A stretch of 56,312 nucleotides of DNA from Macrostomum lignano (lineage: Eukaryota): NCBI GenBank assembly GCA_002269645.1, contig NIVC01004183.1, positions 1-56,312 of the forward strand, in the 5' to 3' direction. The notes below the pieces were generated by a model. That model was not told the origin of the DNA, did not search any database, and saw only the letters and a list, made by a program, of their open reading frames with translations. Positions 24,380 through 36,132 of the stretch are shown here, piece after piece. Both the position numbers and the translations under genes were made by a program. Numbering within the stretch: position 1 is the stretch's first letter; each line of letters opens with the position of its first letter.

Positions 24380-25239
24380 TCTCTAGTCCTATATAGTATT
24401 TAGTCTGTTTCAACCGAATATAAGAACTTGCATAGCTCGTAGCCTGAGTAATTCGAGCTGCAGACTTATTTAATAGATTAATTCATTCCGAATCGAACAG
24501 TATTTGTCTATGGCAGATTGTCTCTATAGAAATTTCATCGGATTTCATTTACGAGCGCTCGTAATTCACTTTATAATTACTGTAATGCGTAGTTTTGCAG
24601 ACTATAAGGAATTTAGACAGGGAAACTTGTTTAAGCTTTGAATAGTGATTAGTGTAGTTTATAGTTTTTGACAGGTTTAAAATACTTGAATATCTCCTCC
24701 GTTTGTTAAACAACCCCTACTCTCGATGGTGCAGCATGCAGAAACGTGAACACTTTTGATCATCAATTATATCTTCGTGTCAATTTTGTGCGTGTTCCGT
24801 TGTTACCGGTACGCTAGGATTCTGCGGAACTCCTGTCTGTCGACCGATGACTGAAGTGCTTTACTGTGCGTGTGCATGTGCATGTTATGTGTATCTCTAG
24901 CCCATGCCCGTTGATTGATTTGCGCTCGATTTTGGGGAGCCCGGTGGCGTCCGCCATCGGTTGAACCAACCCCGACGCCAAAAGGTCCGTCTGGATGACG
25001 CGTGCGTGGGACGTGGGTGACTCTGCTGCGGAGATCCCGCTAAGCCTGCCATTATCGAGACGATCGCTGCACGTAAGGCCTCCCTGACGTGCAGCTTCGA
25101 CGAAGAAAGGCGGGCGCTCACTCTCGCCTGCGACTGGCTTCGCACAAAAAATTATTTCAAGCTGTTGCAATATTTTCTCTACTAACGCGTGACTGATTTC
25201 TTTTTTAAGTCAGTCGTTCTCTGAAGCGCCCACAGACCC

Positions 25240-26303
25240 AGCACTAGGGTCTGAAGCCATCCGGTTGCAGTGGGTCTCAGCCCACGGTAAGCCTGGTCGG
25301 CAACGAGTTGGCAGACGAGGCAGCCGTAGACCCATTGAGTTCCTCAGCTGCCAGTCCAGGCAATCATGGACCTCTACAGCTCGTCCAAGGCTGTTGTCCA
25401 GACTGACCACGGCCCTACATTTGAATTTGCCACCACCTGGGGGTCCGGCAAGAGGACACCTTATCCCCATTTTTATTTGTCTTCCTGATCGACTACTTCA
25501 TGGGGTTGGCTCTGCGCGATGAAGACGGCTTCCGCTTTCCCTGTGTCAAGCTGACCTGCCTCGCCTAAGCCAATGACCTGGCGCTGATCTGCTGCAGCCC
25601 CAAAGCTGCGCAGAGGGCGGTGAGTCGGCTGACTGATGAGGGAAGACGCATGTGGCTCCAAATCAACTACGGCAAGACAGAGGACAACATACCGGACGGT
25701 AACACCATCGCCCAGTGCAACTAGTTCAAGTATCTGGGCATCCTGGTCACTGACCCGGATGCCATTGTCAACAACCGTAAGCAGCAGGCTTGGCGGGCCT
25801 CCCAATTTTTCCGCTCCATCTTCACTTGCCGGCTCGCCACCGACAGCCTAAAGGTCGCCCTATTCCGCTGGGCAGTTGAAACGGTGCTGACCTACGGGCT
25901 GACGGCTGTTCCCATGACGGCCACTTGTGAGACGAGCTTGGAGGCCTGCCATCGCCATCTCGTGCACAACGCCCTGGAAGTGCCTGAGCAACGCCGAGCT
26001 GGCGGGCCGGACCAGAGTGCCGCCCTTTTGGCCGCACTCTGCAGAGGTGACGCCAGATGTTGATCGGCCACTGCGTGCGTGCCCATGCACGGAACGCCGG
26101 GCCCCCGCTGGCCGACCAGCTGCTCAGCCGGCCCTGTGGGAGACTCTGCCGCGCGGCCAGGCCCGCTGCACCACTCTGTCTGACACTTTGCTCTCTGACT
26201 TGCAGGCTCTGTGCCTGACCCCTCAGTCTGCAGCTACGCTGAACTCCTCTGTTTTCCACCAACAGGTGCTTCGCTGACCCCCCTGTGCCTGTTTAATAAT
26301 AAT
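25240..26303 (+). mobile_element. Decayed RTE-like non-LTR retrotransposon with an RNase H fragment upstream of RT
   Basis: Pieced across frameshifts: LQWVSAH..GNELADEAA; AIMDLY..GVRQ.DTLSPFLF; (Y)ANDLAL; INYGKTE; FKYLG; LFRWAVETVLTYG; LIGHCVRA. TAATAATAA tail near 26295. Confidence 0.75.
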
Positions 26304-26399
26304 GAAAAATTCTGGACTGGATATTAGTTCTTGTTGTAGCCTTGGGATGCACAATGGTGGTGCCAAGTACCTAGGAAACTCAGTATATTATTTGCAGCG

Positions 26400-26790
26400 A
26401 CACAACAACAACAAAATACGCGGTCAACGTCACAGGGCGCGCCTCAGGGCCAGGTCGCGAACGAAAGCCATGCCGCCGACCGAATCCGGGGCGCCGGCGT
26501 CAGCCAGCAGGCAGTCGACGAAACGCCGAGTGCGGGCCTGCCCCCGCCGGTAGGGTGCCTGCAGCGTCAGCAGCAGCACCTCCTGCACCGGCTGTGGGCA
26601 GTACGACTCGGCGTGGATGATGTGGCCTGCCAACTGAAGTCGCCGACAGCGCGACAGGTCGCTTGGCCGAGGTAGACGAACTGCTGACAACGCGGAAGCT
26701 CCGTCACCTGTCCATCAGCGTCTCGGCACAAAATTGCAGCCTCGATGTCATCTGACACACAGAGCACGATCCATGGCTCGAACATGACTT
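26400..26790 (-). mobile_element. 3' fragment of a second RTE-like element (internally deleted)
   Basis: LPRCQQFVYLG and RRRLQLAGHI..LLLTLQAPYRRGQARTRRFVDCLLADAG are typical RTE C-terminal motifs; (TTG)n tail at ~26401-26412. Confidence 0.7.
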
Positions 26791-27793
26791 GCCACATTAG
26801 TACAATTATATCGTTTTATTTTAATTATTTAGTAACTTACACTCGTTTAAATAACTTATAACTAATAACTTCTTAAATAACTTTAGTAACATCATTAACA
26901 ATGGTTAATATTTCATCTCTTTTATTTGAGGATTTCTATCAAATTTATTTAAAAAGTATGAATTATATGACTGCTAAATTATGAATTAAAATCGTCCTTG
27001 GATTTGGCTTAACTGTTTAAACTGTTGAGACGTAACCACGGAGAGGGAGGAATATCTCAGCCAGTTTCGTTTAATTTTAATTAGTTTTGCATAGAAATTT
27101 GCAGAGAAATATGTACAAAATTAGTGCTTAATATAGATTTTCAATACATAGTGTAATTATTTAAGTAGTAAAATTACAGCCAGAAAGGCACTGAAAAATT
27201 TACAACAGTTACTTTCTTAAAAAAGTTTTCGATTTTTAAAATTTAATTTTATCATATAGTTAAAAGTCTAGCTTAGCAAAAATACAATGACAAAATGGAA
27301 GCTTTTTGCTTGGAAGGGAAGCCTATCCTAAATTCAAATGATTTTCACCATTTTGAAAGGCTAAAAATCTCTATAACTCGAATATACGCTCGTACTATAG
27401 TAGTACGCTCGTAAATTAAACTAAAATTTAGAGTCTTCGTTAATGAAGTCATAATTGACACACCGGACCATATATATCAAATGAATTCTCAAAGGGAAGG
27501 CTCATTCACACAGCCATCAAATAACTAAGGAAAAATTTCGTCATGTGATTTTATGGATTAAAGATTAAAGATAATTCTGTCTAAACCCTGCATGCTATCC
27601 TACGTTAATTAAGCTTATTTTTGTGTTCTGTTAACAGTCGCCGAAATTCACGTGTGCAATACAAAAATTCACTGGGCGTATTGAATTGATTGAAGCCATT
27701 CATTACGTATAGATGTTCGATGAGAAGAAACCACAGGAGGAAAATTGACAATCCACAGAGTGTTTTTGCAAGTGAGCAAACTGCGGCAGAAGG

Positions 27794-29754
27794 TCACTTT
27801 TGCATGTCCGACACGTTGCCGTACACATTATCTGGTGCATTAGCGGTGCGAACCAACGCACTAAGCTGGTTGAGGTTTTCGTAGTCTGTAGACGACTGCC
27901 TGACTACGCCTTTGCCGCTATTCTGCGGCCGGAACTGGCGCGGCGCGATGCTCGGCGGCGCGTCGAATGCGCCGCTATCGACGCTCTCCCTGGCTACCGC
28001 CGCCCCGGGCGCAGTTGTCGTCATCATTTTCTTTTTTAGACTGGCAGCATCAATACGCCCGTAGAGGCCGTCGTCCTCTTGACTGCCAGCGTTTCGAAAA
28101 TCTCCGTAGGTGTCATCTCCGGTTGTGTTCAGCAGTTCTCCATAGGTGTCATCGCGGCTTGAGCTCAGCAGATTGCCGTAGGTCTCGTCAGCTGATTGAT
28201 TTCCCCCAACAACTCCGTAGGTCTCGTCAGCTGATTGATTTCCCCAACAACTCCGTAGGTCTCGTCAGCTAAATCAGCTAAAGCCGAACTGTTGTAGATT
28301 TCAAAGTCGACAGCCGAGTCAACAACAGGCTGGTGGCGGCCATCTGGACTGCCAGAGCGACGCCGGTTAGTGTTGGCGTTGACTTCACCGCCCAAGGTCG
28401 AGGAATTGGCAGAAGCGGAGCTACAGGCGGTACCGGTGATGGAATGGCATGTGGCATCCCTAGGGGTTGTGCGTTTTGAGCGTCTGGCATGCCGCAAGCG
28501 GAGCTTAATTGGCGCACCTGGAAAGCGTCGGTTGAACGCTTGGTGATGTAAACTGTGAAATCTGCAGAAAGATACAAACCAAAGAGCATATTTTTCTAAG
28601 CACCTTCTTGAGAAGGTGCTCTTTGGTTTGAGAATCTTCTCAAAAAGACGCAAGAATAAATGCACAAAAAACTGAGCAGAGCAGCCTCACCCAATCCAGC
28701 ATCTGCCTGGCATCCTCAGCCAACAAGTAGACCCGACCGCGGTGCTCGCCGAACATCGCCTCGAAGCTGAAGAACGGCAGCTGATCGCAGATGAGAACTC
28801 GACGCCTAGGGTCGGCATCCATCAACTGGCAATCCTCGCAGAGATGCTTCCTGCTCAGCGTCGCCAGCAGTTCATCCGGTGGCACGGACATCTTGCGCAG
28901 GTCCGTCACAGTGTTCAAATCGATGCAGCCTTTCGGTCGCTTGTTGCGATCGTTTTTGGAATAGCAGATCAGATGGAACCGGTTGGTGTCCTGGGTGGTC
29001 TGGCCGCGGACCAGCGATAGCTCAAAGAACTGTCGCTTCCAGTGCTGTGTCGCGGAGAAGGTGCAACAATTAGATGATGCATCAGAAAAAAGTGCCTGAA
29101 AAGATATTTGAGTCCTTTGGACGCCACTTCGTCCAGAGCCTTCAGGACACAACTACTTCCACAGGGTCTTTCAGAAGCCACAACTTATTCCACGTTGTTT
29201 TTCAGAGGACACAACTACTTCCACGGGGTCTTTCAGAGGACACAACTACTTCTACGGGGTCTTTCAGAGGCCACTACTACTTTCGCGGGGTCTTTCAGAG
29301 GACATAAATACTTCCACGGGGGTCTTTCAGAGGCCACAACTACTCCCACAAGGTCTTTCAGAGGACACAACTACTTCCACGGGGTCTTTCAGAGGATACA
29401 ACTACTTGTAGCTATGTTAAAATGCGTTTCACAGCAAAAGCCGGTCATGATGAAAAAAATCTACCACTGTAATTTTGAATGCTCTACAGCGACGTTACTC
29501 ACCCGCCTTGAAAAAGTCACAGTCCCGGGTTCTCGACCGGGGAACTCAATGGGCGACATCACCAGCCAGCTGCTGTAGCGGGTCTCGGCGTCTTGTCTGT
29601 CTGTCAGGTGCAAATTCTCGTCGCTGAAAGAGGGGCAAAATGGGTTTTATTATATTGAAAATTCTGTGCAAAAGCTACGATTTTAATTTTTCAAACGAGT
29701 AATCATTTTTACTTACCTTCCCTGAGGCCAGATGCATCGTTGCAGAAAGCTCAT
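27794..29754 (-). CDS. GAB/DOS-like PH-domain docking protein with tyrosine-rich tail (one 1-bp frameshift in the sequence as given)
   Basis: Exons 29754-29717, 29623-29503, 29044-28691, 28517-28389, 28329-27794. The PH domain (YSSWLVMSP..HWKRQFF..YSKND..RPKGCIDLN..VYLLAED..MLDW|VRQLSSACG) parallels the GAB1 PH domain. The last exon is in frame only if G4 at 28242-28245 is G5, as in its sister repeat. The 59-nt intron 28388-28330 is inferred. Confidence 0.7.
29130..29405. repeat. Minisatellite, ~31-bp unit CGGGGTCTTTCAGAGGACACAACTACTTCCA, in a GAB-like intron
   Basis: About 9 visible copies. Confidence 0.88.
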
Positions 29755-30125
29755 ACCTGTTGCTCTTAGTTGTATTCGTCCACTGAAAACCTGTTGCGAT
29801 AAATGCGAAATATATAGGAAATTCAGAAATTCACCTGAAAGACCTGGCGCAGGTTGAAAGCTGCTAACTATACAGTCTATAAATTAGCGATGGTGCCAAG
29901 TTTATAAAACTATTGGATCTGATAAAACTGATTAAATGTGTCAGCTGGCTCTGCACAGCCTTGTATATCTCTCAGTCCTCTCTTGATATAGGCTATGTAG
30001 CTTTTATTGGAATGCTTTCAGCAAATGACCAGGCTTAAATTTCTGTAGCTACAAGGAAATTCGGTGCAGTATATACGCTTTCCTTTCCAGACTTTTATGC
30101 TGGTAGAATTCATACAGATACTAAC

Positions 30126-30171
30126 CAAGGACTTCTAGACTAAACTAGACTAGTTAGTCTAGAAGTCCTTG
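30126..30171. mobile_element. 46-bp palindromic micro-MITE with 8-bp TSD (hAT-like)
   Basis: CAAGGACTTCTAGACTAA..TTAGTCTAGAAGTCCTTG is a perfect 18-bp inverted repeat, flanked by ATACTAAC at 30118-30125 and 30172-30179. Confidence 0.75.
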
Positions 30172-30974
30172 ATACTAACACGGGCGTCTATTAAACAGTT
30201 ACTCTATTGGTTCTTAATGTATTTCTGAAAACCCAAGCAACCGTTCCGAAATCTACAGGTGCATATAGCTACACGTACATCTACAACTAGAAATCCATGC
30301 TTAACGACACGAGTTTTCTATTCAAAGATTCAAAATTAAGAACTCCATACGCTGGTTGTCCATGAGCTCCGCGTACCCATTTTAAAAGTGATTTATAATT
30401 ATAGGCTTTAATGCCTACCCAAATTAGCTATTGGGTTTGTATTGTAATGCTTCGACATCTGTGTTTATTAGGCATGACTAACAGCCTCATACATGCATCC
30501 ACATGTACAGTCTGGACACGCGGGTAAATACACCAGTAATCGATGCCCTCGCGATAGCCATTGGGGCCGGAAATGTGAAATTCGTCGCTGCAAAGACTGA
30601 AAATTAACTTTTCCAGGATTTACTTGTACGAGCTTATCGAATGCGAACGAACTGTTTACTGCCTTAAGAGGATGAACCTCGAGCAATGAAAACGTGATTC
30701 ATCAGGAAAACTCTTCCGATTTCGAATTAGGTGGATAGGCAAAAGTGACGCGCAAGTCATGTGGCTGGTTGGTAGACTTCCGTTTAAAAATTACTTTTAA
30801 TTTCAATAAAATAGCTCGTAATAATCTGTATCGAACCGAACTCATTGCACCCTTGATTTTTAAATTATTTAAAGATGAATTCTGCCTGGATCTAATTAGA
30901 CTAACTCTATGCTTCGTTTAAGGCAATTTTTACTGTATTTATAAGATTTACTTTTATGATTGCCCCCCTATTTT

Positions 30975-31470
30975 ACAGTTGACACACCTGTCTAAGAGTT
31001 GACACACCTGTCTAACAGTGACACACCTGTCTAACAGTGACACACCTCTCTAACAGTTCACACACCTGTCTAACAGTTGACACACCTGTCTAAACAGTTC
31101 ACACACCTGTTTAACAAGCGACGTCACACCTGTTTAACAAGCGACGTCACACCTGTTTAACAAGCGACGTCACACCTGTTTAACAAGCGACGTCACACCT
31201 GTTTAACAAGCGACGTCACACCTGTTTAACAAGCGACGTCACACCTGTATAAAAGGTGACACACCTGGATAAAAGGTGACACACCTGTCTAACAAGCGAC
31301 GTCACATCTGTCTAACAGGTGATGCATCTGTCTAACAAGCGATGTCACATCTGTCTAGCAGGTAGCACACCTGTCTAACAAGCGACGTCCCATCTGTCTA
31401 ACAGGTGATGCATCTGTCTAACAAGTGACGTCACATCTGTCTAACAGGTGATGCATCTGTCTAATAGGTG
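30975..31470. repeat. Compound minisatellite (18-23 bp units with a CACACCTGT core)
   Basis: Units such as GACACACCTGTCTAACAGT and AACAAGCGACGTCACACCTGTTT are visible. Confidence 0.88.
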
Positions 31471-31924
31471 AGACATGTGGCACATAACTAGAGCTACGAG
31501 CGTATTTTCTCTTATTTTCTTTTCAATTTCGCCTAATTTTTTTCCTAATAGATGATTTCAGTCATACTACTAATTGCCATATTACTTTTCAATGCTGAAT
31601 ATAAATACAATCGCTTAGGTCTAATTACAGAGCTGAGCTCTAATAAAAATTTGCTTGAAGCATTCGGTTCTACAAAAGTTAATTAAGAATTTTAATTATA
31701 ATCTCGCACCACAGCCATAGTGGGATCAATGTGGCACAGAACTTTACAGATATGGAATCTAGCTGACATAATTTACAGTCATTTTCTCATAGAAATTTGG
31801 AACTCGATCTTCGTTGTATTACTGCCACAATTTTCCAGCGCCAATGCCACATCGCTGAGGCGACATCGATGCCACATCGATTTGTAAGTGATAGACAAGA
31901 TTAAAACAAAAAGTTTTGTAAACA

Positions 31925-33415
31925 AAGACTGTCTCTCTTTAGTCTGACACTTGACTGTCTCTCTTATGTCTGACACTTGACTGTCGCTCTTATGTCTGAC
32001 ACTTGACTGTCTCTCTTATGTCTGACACTTGACTGTCTCTCTTATGTCTGACACTTGACTGTCGCTCTTATGTCTGACACTTGACTGTCTCTCTTATGTC
32101 TGACACTTGACTGTCGCTCTTATGTCTGACACTTGACTGTCTCTCTTATGTCTGACACTTGACTGTCGCTCTTATGTCTGACACTTGACTGTCTCTCTTA
32201 TGTCTGACACTTGACTGTCGCTCTTATGTCTGACACTTGACTGTCTCTCTTATGTCTGACACTTGACTGTCGCTCTTTTGTCTGACACTTGACTGTCTCT
32301 CTTTAGTCTGACACTTGACTGTCTCTCTTTTGTCTGACACTTGACTGTCTCTCTTTAGTCTGACACTTGACTGTCTCTCTTTTGTCTGACACTTGACTGT
32401 CTCTCTTTAGTCTGACACTTGACTGTCTCTCTTTTGTCTGACACTTGACTGTCTCTCTTTTGTCTGACACTTGACTGTCTCTCTTTTGTCTGACACTTGA
32501 CTGTCTCTCTTATGTCTGACACTTGACTGTCGCTCTTATGTCTGACACTTGACTGTCTCTCTTATGTCTGACACTTGACTGTCTCTCTTATGTCTGACAC
32601 TTGACTGTCGCTCTTATGTCTGACACTTGACTGTCGCTCTTATGTCTGACACTTGACCCTCTCTCTTAGGTATGACACTTGACTGTCTCTCTTATGTCTG
32701 ACACTTGACTGTCGCTCTTATGTCTGACACTTGACTGTCTCTCTTATGTCTGACACTTGACTGTCTCTCTTATGTCTGACACTTGACTGTCGCTCTTATG
32801 TCTGACACTTGACTGTCGCTCTTATGTCTGACACTTGACCCTCTCTCTTAGGTATGACACTTGACTGTCTCTCTTATGTCTGACACTTGACTGTCTCTCT
32901 TATGTCTGACACTTGACTGTCTCTCTTATGTCTGACACTTGACTGTCTCTCTTATGTCTGACACTTGACTGTCTCTCTTTTGTCTGACACTTGACTGTCT
33001 CTCTTTAGTCTGACACTTGACTGTCTCTCTTTTGTCTGACACTTGACTATCTCTCTTATGTCTGACACTTGACTGTCTCTCTTTTGTCTGACACTTGACT
33101 GTCGCTCTTATGTCTGACACTTGACTGTCGCTCTTATGTCTGACACTTGACTGTCTCTCTTATGTCTGACACTTGACTGTCTCTCTTTTGTCTGACACTT
33201 GACCCTCTCTCTTAGGTATGACACTTGACTGTCGCTTTTATGTCTGACACTTGACTGTCTCTCTTATGTCTGACACTTGACTGTCGCTCTTATGTCTGAC
33301 ACTTGACTGTCGCTCTTATGTCTGACACTTGACTGTCTCTCTTTTGTCTGACACTTGACCCTCTCTCTTAGGTATGACACTTGACTGTCTAAAGTCTGAC
33401 ACTTGACTGTCTCAT
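31925..33415. repeat. Minisatellite, 26-bp unit TCTGACACTTGACTGTCTCTCTTATG
   Basis: About 57 copies with patterned variants. Confidence 0.95.
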
Positions 33416-34064
33416 CTGACATCCGCCACCTCCTTTGCCTGAGACTTCTCTGCTCCTAAACCTACTTGCATTTATAACTAATGCGCTACATCATTCACTA
33501 CTCACTAGTAGTATATTTAGAAGCGTATTTGCGACTCGTTTCTTTTTAAAAATGATTCTAAAAAGCGATGTTTAGACCAGCCCAGGCATATTAAAATTTA
33601 AACTGAAAAAGTCAGAAAATTTTGATTTGGTTCATTTTTTGCTCTCGGCTGCTGTCGTGCCGGCGTTGCTTTTTTTAAGTGGATTAAACAAAACCACTTG
33701 AGACCCCGCTAGCTTAAAGTGATTAGTAAAAAAAAAGAGCAGCGAGAGAGAGAGAGAGGAGAAAGGGGGGATCAGCTGATGGCACCCGCTTACCGTCACA
33801 AATTCTCTGGGTTATTTTGGTTGGCATTCACAGGTCTAACAGATTGTAAGCCAAGGTAATTTTTTCTATTGTTCAATCATTGCAACCCCCTGTTTGGAGC
33901 TGCCAACAAAAAGTGATCATTAAATTTTGCAATCATTCGCAATTAGTTGCTTATTATTTCTGGTTTTTGTTGCATCGGTGTTTCGCTTAGCTACCAAATA
34001 TTAGCGCGTTTGTTGCATTGTTATCTATGAAATTCGGCTGCGGGCAACTATTTCATTGGGTGGA

Positions 34065-35175
34065 ATGCCATTTCCCTAATCTTGGTCCTTTGGTGGGACG
34101 CCATTTCCCTTAATTTTGGTCCTTTGGTGGGACGCCATTTTCCTTTAATCTTGGTCCTTTGGTGGGACGCCATTTCCATTAATCTTGGTCCTTTAGTGGT
34201 TGGAACGCCATTTCCATTAATCTTGGTCCTTTAGTGGGTGGGACGCCATTTCCCTTAATCTTGGTCCTTTAGTGGGTGGGACGCCATTTCCCTTAATCTT
34301 GGTCCTTTAGTGGGACGCCATTTCTATTAATCTTGGTCCTTTGGTGGGACGCCATTTTCCTTTAATCTTGGTCCTTTAGTGGGTGGGACGCCATTTCCCT
34401 TAATCTTGGTCCTTTAGTGGGTGGGACGCCATTTCCCTTAATCTTGGTCCTTTAGTGGGACGCCATTTCTATTAATCTTGGTCCTTTGGTGGGAAGCCAA
34501 AAAAGGGAAATGGACCCTTTAATTTTGTTCCTTTGGTGGGACGCCATTTTCCTTTAATCTTGGTCCTTTAGTGGGTGGGACGCCATTTCCCTTAATCTTG
34601 GTCCTTTAGTGGGACGCCATTTCTATTAATCTTGGTCCTTTGGTGGGAAGCCAAAAAAGGGAAATGGACCCTTTAATTTTGTTCCTTTGGTGGGACGCCA
34701 TTTTCCTTTAATCTTGGTCCTTTAGTGGGTGGGACGCCATTTCCCTTAATCTTGGTCCTTTAGTGGTTGGAACGCCATTTTCCTTAATCTTGGTCCTTTA
34801 GTAGTTGAAACGCCATTTCCCTTAATCTTGGTCCTTTAGTGGATGGGACGCCATTTCCCTTAATCTTGGTCCTTTAGTGGGTGGGACGCCATTTCCCTTA
34901 ATCTTGGTCCTTTAGTGGGTGGGACGCCATTTCCCTTAATCTTGGTCCTTTAGTGGGACGCCATTTCTATTAATCTTGGTCCTTTGGTGGGACGCCATTT
35001 TCCTTTAATCTTGGTCCTTTAGTGGGTGGGACGCCATTTCCCTTTAATCTTGGTCCTTTGGTGAGACGCCATTTCCCTTAATCTTGGTCCTTTAGTGGGT
35101 GGGACGCCATTTCCCTTAATCTTGGTCCTTTAGTAGTTGGAACGCCATTTCCCTTAATCTTGGCCCTTTGGTGGA
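34065..35175. repeat. Minisatellite, 34-38 bp unit CCATTTCCCTTAATCTTGGTCCTTTAGTGGGTGGGACG
   Basis: About 30 copies with higher-order duplicated blocks. Confidence 0.95.
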
Positions 35176-35753
35176 ACGCCAGAACGGTGGCAGTGGCACC
35201 AGCTGCTCCGGTCCTGCACCAGTCTGGGCGCCATGGGGACAGACTAAATGAAGTTCTGCAGCAGCTGCCGAGCCTCAGGTAGAAGACCCGGAGAGTGCGT
35301 GACCAAGACGTTGCCACAATTCCTTGTAGAGATCTGTCCCCGGTAGAAAAACAAATCATCAGGCGATTTCTTTGTCGACAAAGAAAATTTCAGGAAGTTT
35401 TATTTCACTGGGTTAGACTTTATTTAGCAAATAGAAAAAGCAAACTCCTCACTGCAACTAAGGAATTTCAAGCAGGGCGCGAAACACTTCGTTGCTTACA
35501 GACTCGTGTTCAATTTCATTTAAAATGCTTTAAGCTGATTGGTTTAATTGAATTGAAATTGTAATTAGTTTAATAAAATTAATTCATTTTCTCGAACAAC
35601 TCAGTCTGTGGTTCTGTGCGCTTTGTTCTGTGCAGTTAAGTTCAGTCAGGTTGAGATCCAATTGAGATACGCAGGCGCGTCGTCTCATTTCTGGTGCTAC
35701 TAGGAACAATTCAATCAATTCAATCACGCAGCGAAAAACGAGGGAGGCAGGTC

Positions 35754-35775
35754 TCACGTGACAAAAGTGACGTCA
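35754..35775. promoter_or_regulatory. Adjacent perfect E-box (TCACGTGA) and CRE (TGACGTCA) palindromes
   Basis: Both 8-mers are present 6 bp apart in non-repetitive, CpG-containing DNA; function is inferred. Confidence 0.35.
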
Positions 35776-35862
35776 TGTAGCGTGATCGAAGGAGCTTTGA
35801 CCTGATTCAATACAAGGACAGCACGATGGGATTGAAACGGAGAATATAGACTGCGAAGTGCA

Positions 35863-36132
35863 GTGATATCAGCGCCCTCGATGCTCAATAAATTGGCGCC
35901 AAAGCTCAAATATCAGCGCCCTCGATGCTCAATAAATTGGCGCCAAAACTCAGATATCAGCGCCCTCGATGCTCAATAAATTGGCGCCAAAACTCAGATA
36001 TCAGCGCCCTCGATGCTCATTAATTAGGCGCCAAACTCAGATATCAGCGCCCTCGATGCTCATTAATTTGGCGCCAAACTCAGATATCAGCGCCCTCGAT
36101 GCTCATTAATTAGGCGCCAAACTCAGATATCA
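35863..36132. repeat. Minisatellite, 43-44 bp unit GATATCAGCGCCCTCGATGCTCAATAAATTGGCGCCAAAACTCA
   Basis: About 6 copies. Confidence 0.9.

Noticed and set aside
31925-36132. CRISPR-like regular repeats of 26-44 bp
   Set aside because: Head-to-tail units with no unique spacers, no cas genes and a eukaryotic context.
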